Shown in pieces: positions 18,585 through 20,000 of a stretch of DNA of 20,000 nucleotides (the first letter of the stretch is position 1; every line of letters starts with the position of its first letter). The translations under genes and the position numbers were made by a program. Where the stretch lies: the IMG/VR virus record IMGVR_UViG_3300030333_004050, one strand, 5' to 3'. The notes under the pieces were generated by a model. It was not told the DNA's origin and ran no database searches. It saw only the letters and a program-made list of their open reading frames with translations. Source of the DNA: an uncultured virus (IMG/VR IMGVR_UViG_3300030333_004050). Taxonomy: Duplodnaviria; Heunggongvirae; Uroviricota; Caudoviricetes.

Positions 18585-18599
18585 CCCCTACTCCGTTAA

Positions 18600-19120
18600 T
18601 TTGTAGTGAAGGCGGGCGTCCTTAGTGACCCTGCTGGATTAGAGCGAGTCACCTTCGCCGCGCGGAACTTAGTAAGTATGCAAACCGAACGGTGCGTTAA
18701 TGCGGCGACCCTGTCTCGTTCTGAGTGTTGGTTTGGGAGATGTAATTCGGCCGCCCTTCGGGGCTGTGGCGTCTTCTCCTTAACAATCCGCGTTGCCTAA
18801 CCAGCGCGCGGGGGGCTTTCCCAACTGGTGAGAGAGGATGTGTGGTTCGCCATGCGCCAACGAAGGAGACGGCTGTGGTGGCTTATGGACTGGAACTAAC
18901 ACGCTACATCTGAGACTTGGGTGGTTTTGTAGCCTGTGATATACAACGACCTATCATGCGGGGGAAATAGGCAATCCCCGCGCCCATTTCTCAACCTATT
19001 CCATCGGGGATAGGGGGGAGACAATAATCGACCTGTAATCCCATAGTGGGGCGCGCTCGGCCGAGCGAATAATAGACCTGTAATCCTATGGTGGGGCAGT
19101 CTTCTTCCCTATTCCCATCT
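18600..19120 (+). ncRNA. Candidate large structured non-coding RNA of unknown family
   Basis: Starts about 21 nt after the R5 TATA box and has no credible ORF. Serial stems with many G-U pairs on the + strand and two UUCG loops. Confidence 0.55.
19023..19097 (+). repeat. Two 30-bp direct repeats flanking a perfect 14-bp palindrome
   Basis: AATAATCGACCTGTAATCCCATAGTGGGGC and AATAATAGACCTGTAATCCTATGGTGGGGC (27/30 identical). CGCTCGGCCGAGCG at 19054-19067. Confidence 0.85.
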
Positions 19121-19416
19121 TACTATATACAACTACTATTTACTGTTGATTAGAATTAATGATGAAGATAGAGAGAGCATTGGGGCATACACACAACAGG
19201 GGGTAAAGTGTGTGTGTGTGCTATGGTCCTTCCAGGTTGCATCATTCTTTTCTTTGATTAAATACGGAGTGGCGTAGCCTATCGGTTTTGCACCTGGCTT
19301 AATGATGGGTTTTACTTACACCAAAAAATCAACGAACATATAGTCTGAAAAGTATGACTGCCGATTTTAGAAAAGAAGCCTTCATCATTGTTTTTGATAG
19401 TTATATGAAGTTAATG

Positions 19417-19444
19417 TTATATACCCTAACCCAGTGCGAGGGGT
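19417..19444 (+). promoter_or_regulatory. TATA box for a leaderless operon
   Basis: TTATATA at 19417-19423, 21 nt before ATG 19445, the same spacing as at 667/696. Confidence 0.7.
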
Positions 19445-19612
19445 ATGGCCGGAAGAATACCGCACCATCAATACAACCGAATACGCAACCGCTACTTGAC
19501 CCGACTGTCAACCTCTCCGTATGGACCAATCACTGAGAGTGAGGACACTAAGGTTCAACTAATCAACGCGCTGACATACATAGCCGTTAGAGAAAAACTG
19601 GTGGTGGAGTGA
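19445..19612 (+). CDS. Hypothetical protein (55 aa, not in ORF track)
   Basis: MAGRIPHHQYNRIRNRYLTRLSTSPYGPITESEDTKVQLINALTYIAVREKLVVE. Leaderless start; ends in a GGTGGAGTGAATG junction. Confidence 0.65.
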   Translation: MAGRIPHHQYNRIRNRYLTRLSTSPYGPITESEDTKVQLINALTYIAVREKLVVE

Positions 19613-19741
19613 ATGAGTTGGTGCTATCGGTGCAACGCACCCGCGACGAGCGCGTGTATATTGTATAACATTCATAACGGGGTTCAATATGAGGCAGGCG
19701 GTGGGCCTGTGTCTATTACAGAAATAAGGACGGTGGAGTGA
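19613..19741 (+). CDS. Hypothetical protein (42 aa, not in ORF track)
   Basis: MSWCYRCNAPATSACILYNIHNGVQYEAGGGPVSITEIRTVE. Identical GGTGGAGTGAATG junctions at both ends. Confidence 0.55.
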   Translation: MSWCYRCNAPATSACILYNIHNGVQYEAGGGPVSITEIRTVE

Positions 19742-20000
19742 ATGCAACTGTTCTATCTGACTGAGAATCACAAAATGAACGCGGCCGCGCATTGCGACCC
19801 TCATGTCGTGAAAATGCCTATCGAGGCTATGCAGTTAGCGGTGACGGCAGTCTATCACGCAACAGACCCACTCACGCCCGCGAAGCATGAGAAGTATGGG
19901 TTTGGCGTCAGACGACGAAAGACCGGACCGAATCGCAATCTCAAGTCTGAGTTTATTCACATACCACTCAACAAGGACGGCGAGCCAATGAAGCCGACAC
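19742..20000 (+). CDS. Pyrimidine-dimer DNA glycosylase (DenV/endonuclease V-like family), 3'-truncated
   Basis: MQLFYL...AAAHCDPHVVKMPIEAMQL..TA...MKPT matches the 'MNIF.L...A..HCDKHVVKM..E.AQLL.TA...YK.TH' family pattern. Confidence 0.75.
   Translation, partial: MQLFYLTENHKMNAAAHCDPHVVKMPIEAMQLAVTAVYHATDPLTPAKHEKYGFGVRRRKTGPNRNLKSEFIHIPLNKDGEPMKPT

Noticed and set aside
17400..18599. ORFs 17400-17591, 17476-17769, 18069-18500 and 18399-18599
   Set aside because: They overlap better-supported genes or run through terminators and promoter modules.
18606..18800. 64-aa GTG-start ORF
   Set aside because: No RBS or recognisable features, and it overlaps dense RNA helices. It is not fully excluded, because it begins a few nt after the predicted TSS.
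19023..19097. Mini-CRISPR array
   Set aside because: Only two imperfect repeats, a 15-bp palindromic spacer and no cas genes in the window.
18491..19120. RNase P, SRP, tmRNA or tRNA identity for the structured region
   Set aside because: No GAGGAA..UCC P4 motif, no SRP helix-8 motif and no T-arm/CCA end were seen.
19335..19348. Group I intron S-element-like AACATATAGTCTGA
   Set aside because: No convincing GACUA partner for P7 at a suitable position and no interrupted host gene identified.
19169..19348. Box C/D sRNA (ATGATGA ... CTGA)
   Set aside because: The boxes are about 175 nt apart, far longer than archaeal C/D guides, and no C'/D' pair is evident.

Overview
This is a 20-kb segment of a tailed archaeal dsDNA virus; the marine Group II/Poseidoniales 'magrovirus' type is an inference. 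The left part is a replication/repair module: a PCNA-like clamp, a fused PriS-PriL-type primase and an XPF/ERCC4-HhH nuclease. The middle holds a 1655-aa collagen-like fibre, a tail-fibre chaperone, a short C5 DNA methyltransferase-like protein, a WbdD-like methyltransferase-kinase and a probable terminase small subunit. Iterated 17/34-bp repeats follow, suggesting a packaging site or genome end. From about 15.1 kb, an early-type region is built from five copies of an ~60-90-bp module, four with back-to-back archaeal BRE/TATA elements. These alternate with small genes and GC-rich structured non-coding stretches. The most notable candidate is an essentially ORF-free, promoter-driven, extensively base-paired RNA of about 520 nt (about 18600-19120). 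The palindromes GATC, AGCT, GTAC, CTAG and ACGT were not seen on manual reading. All family assignments come from motif recognition, not database searches.
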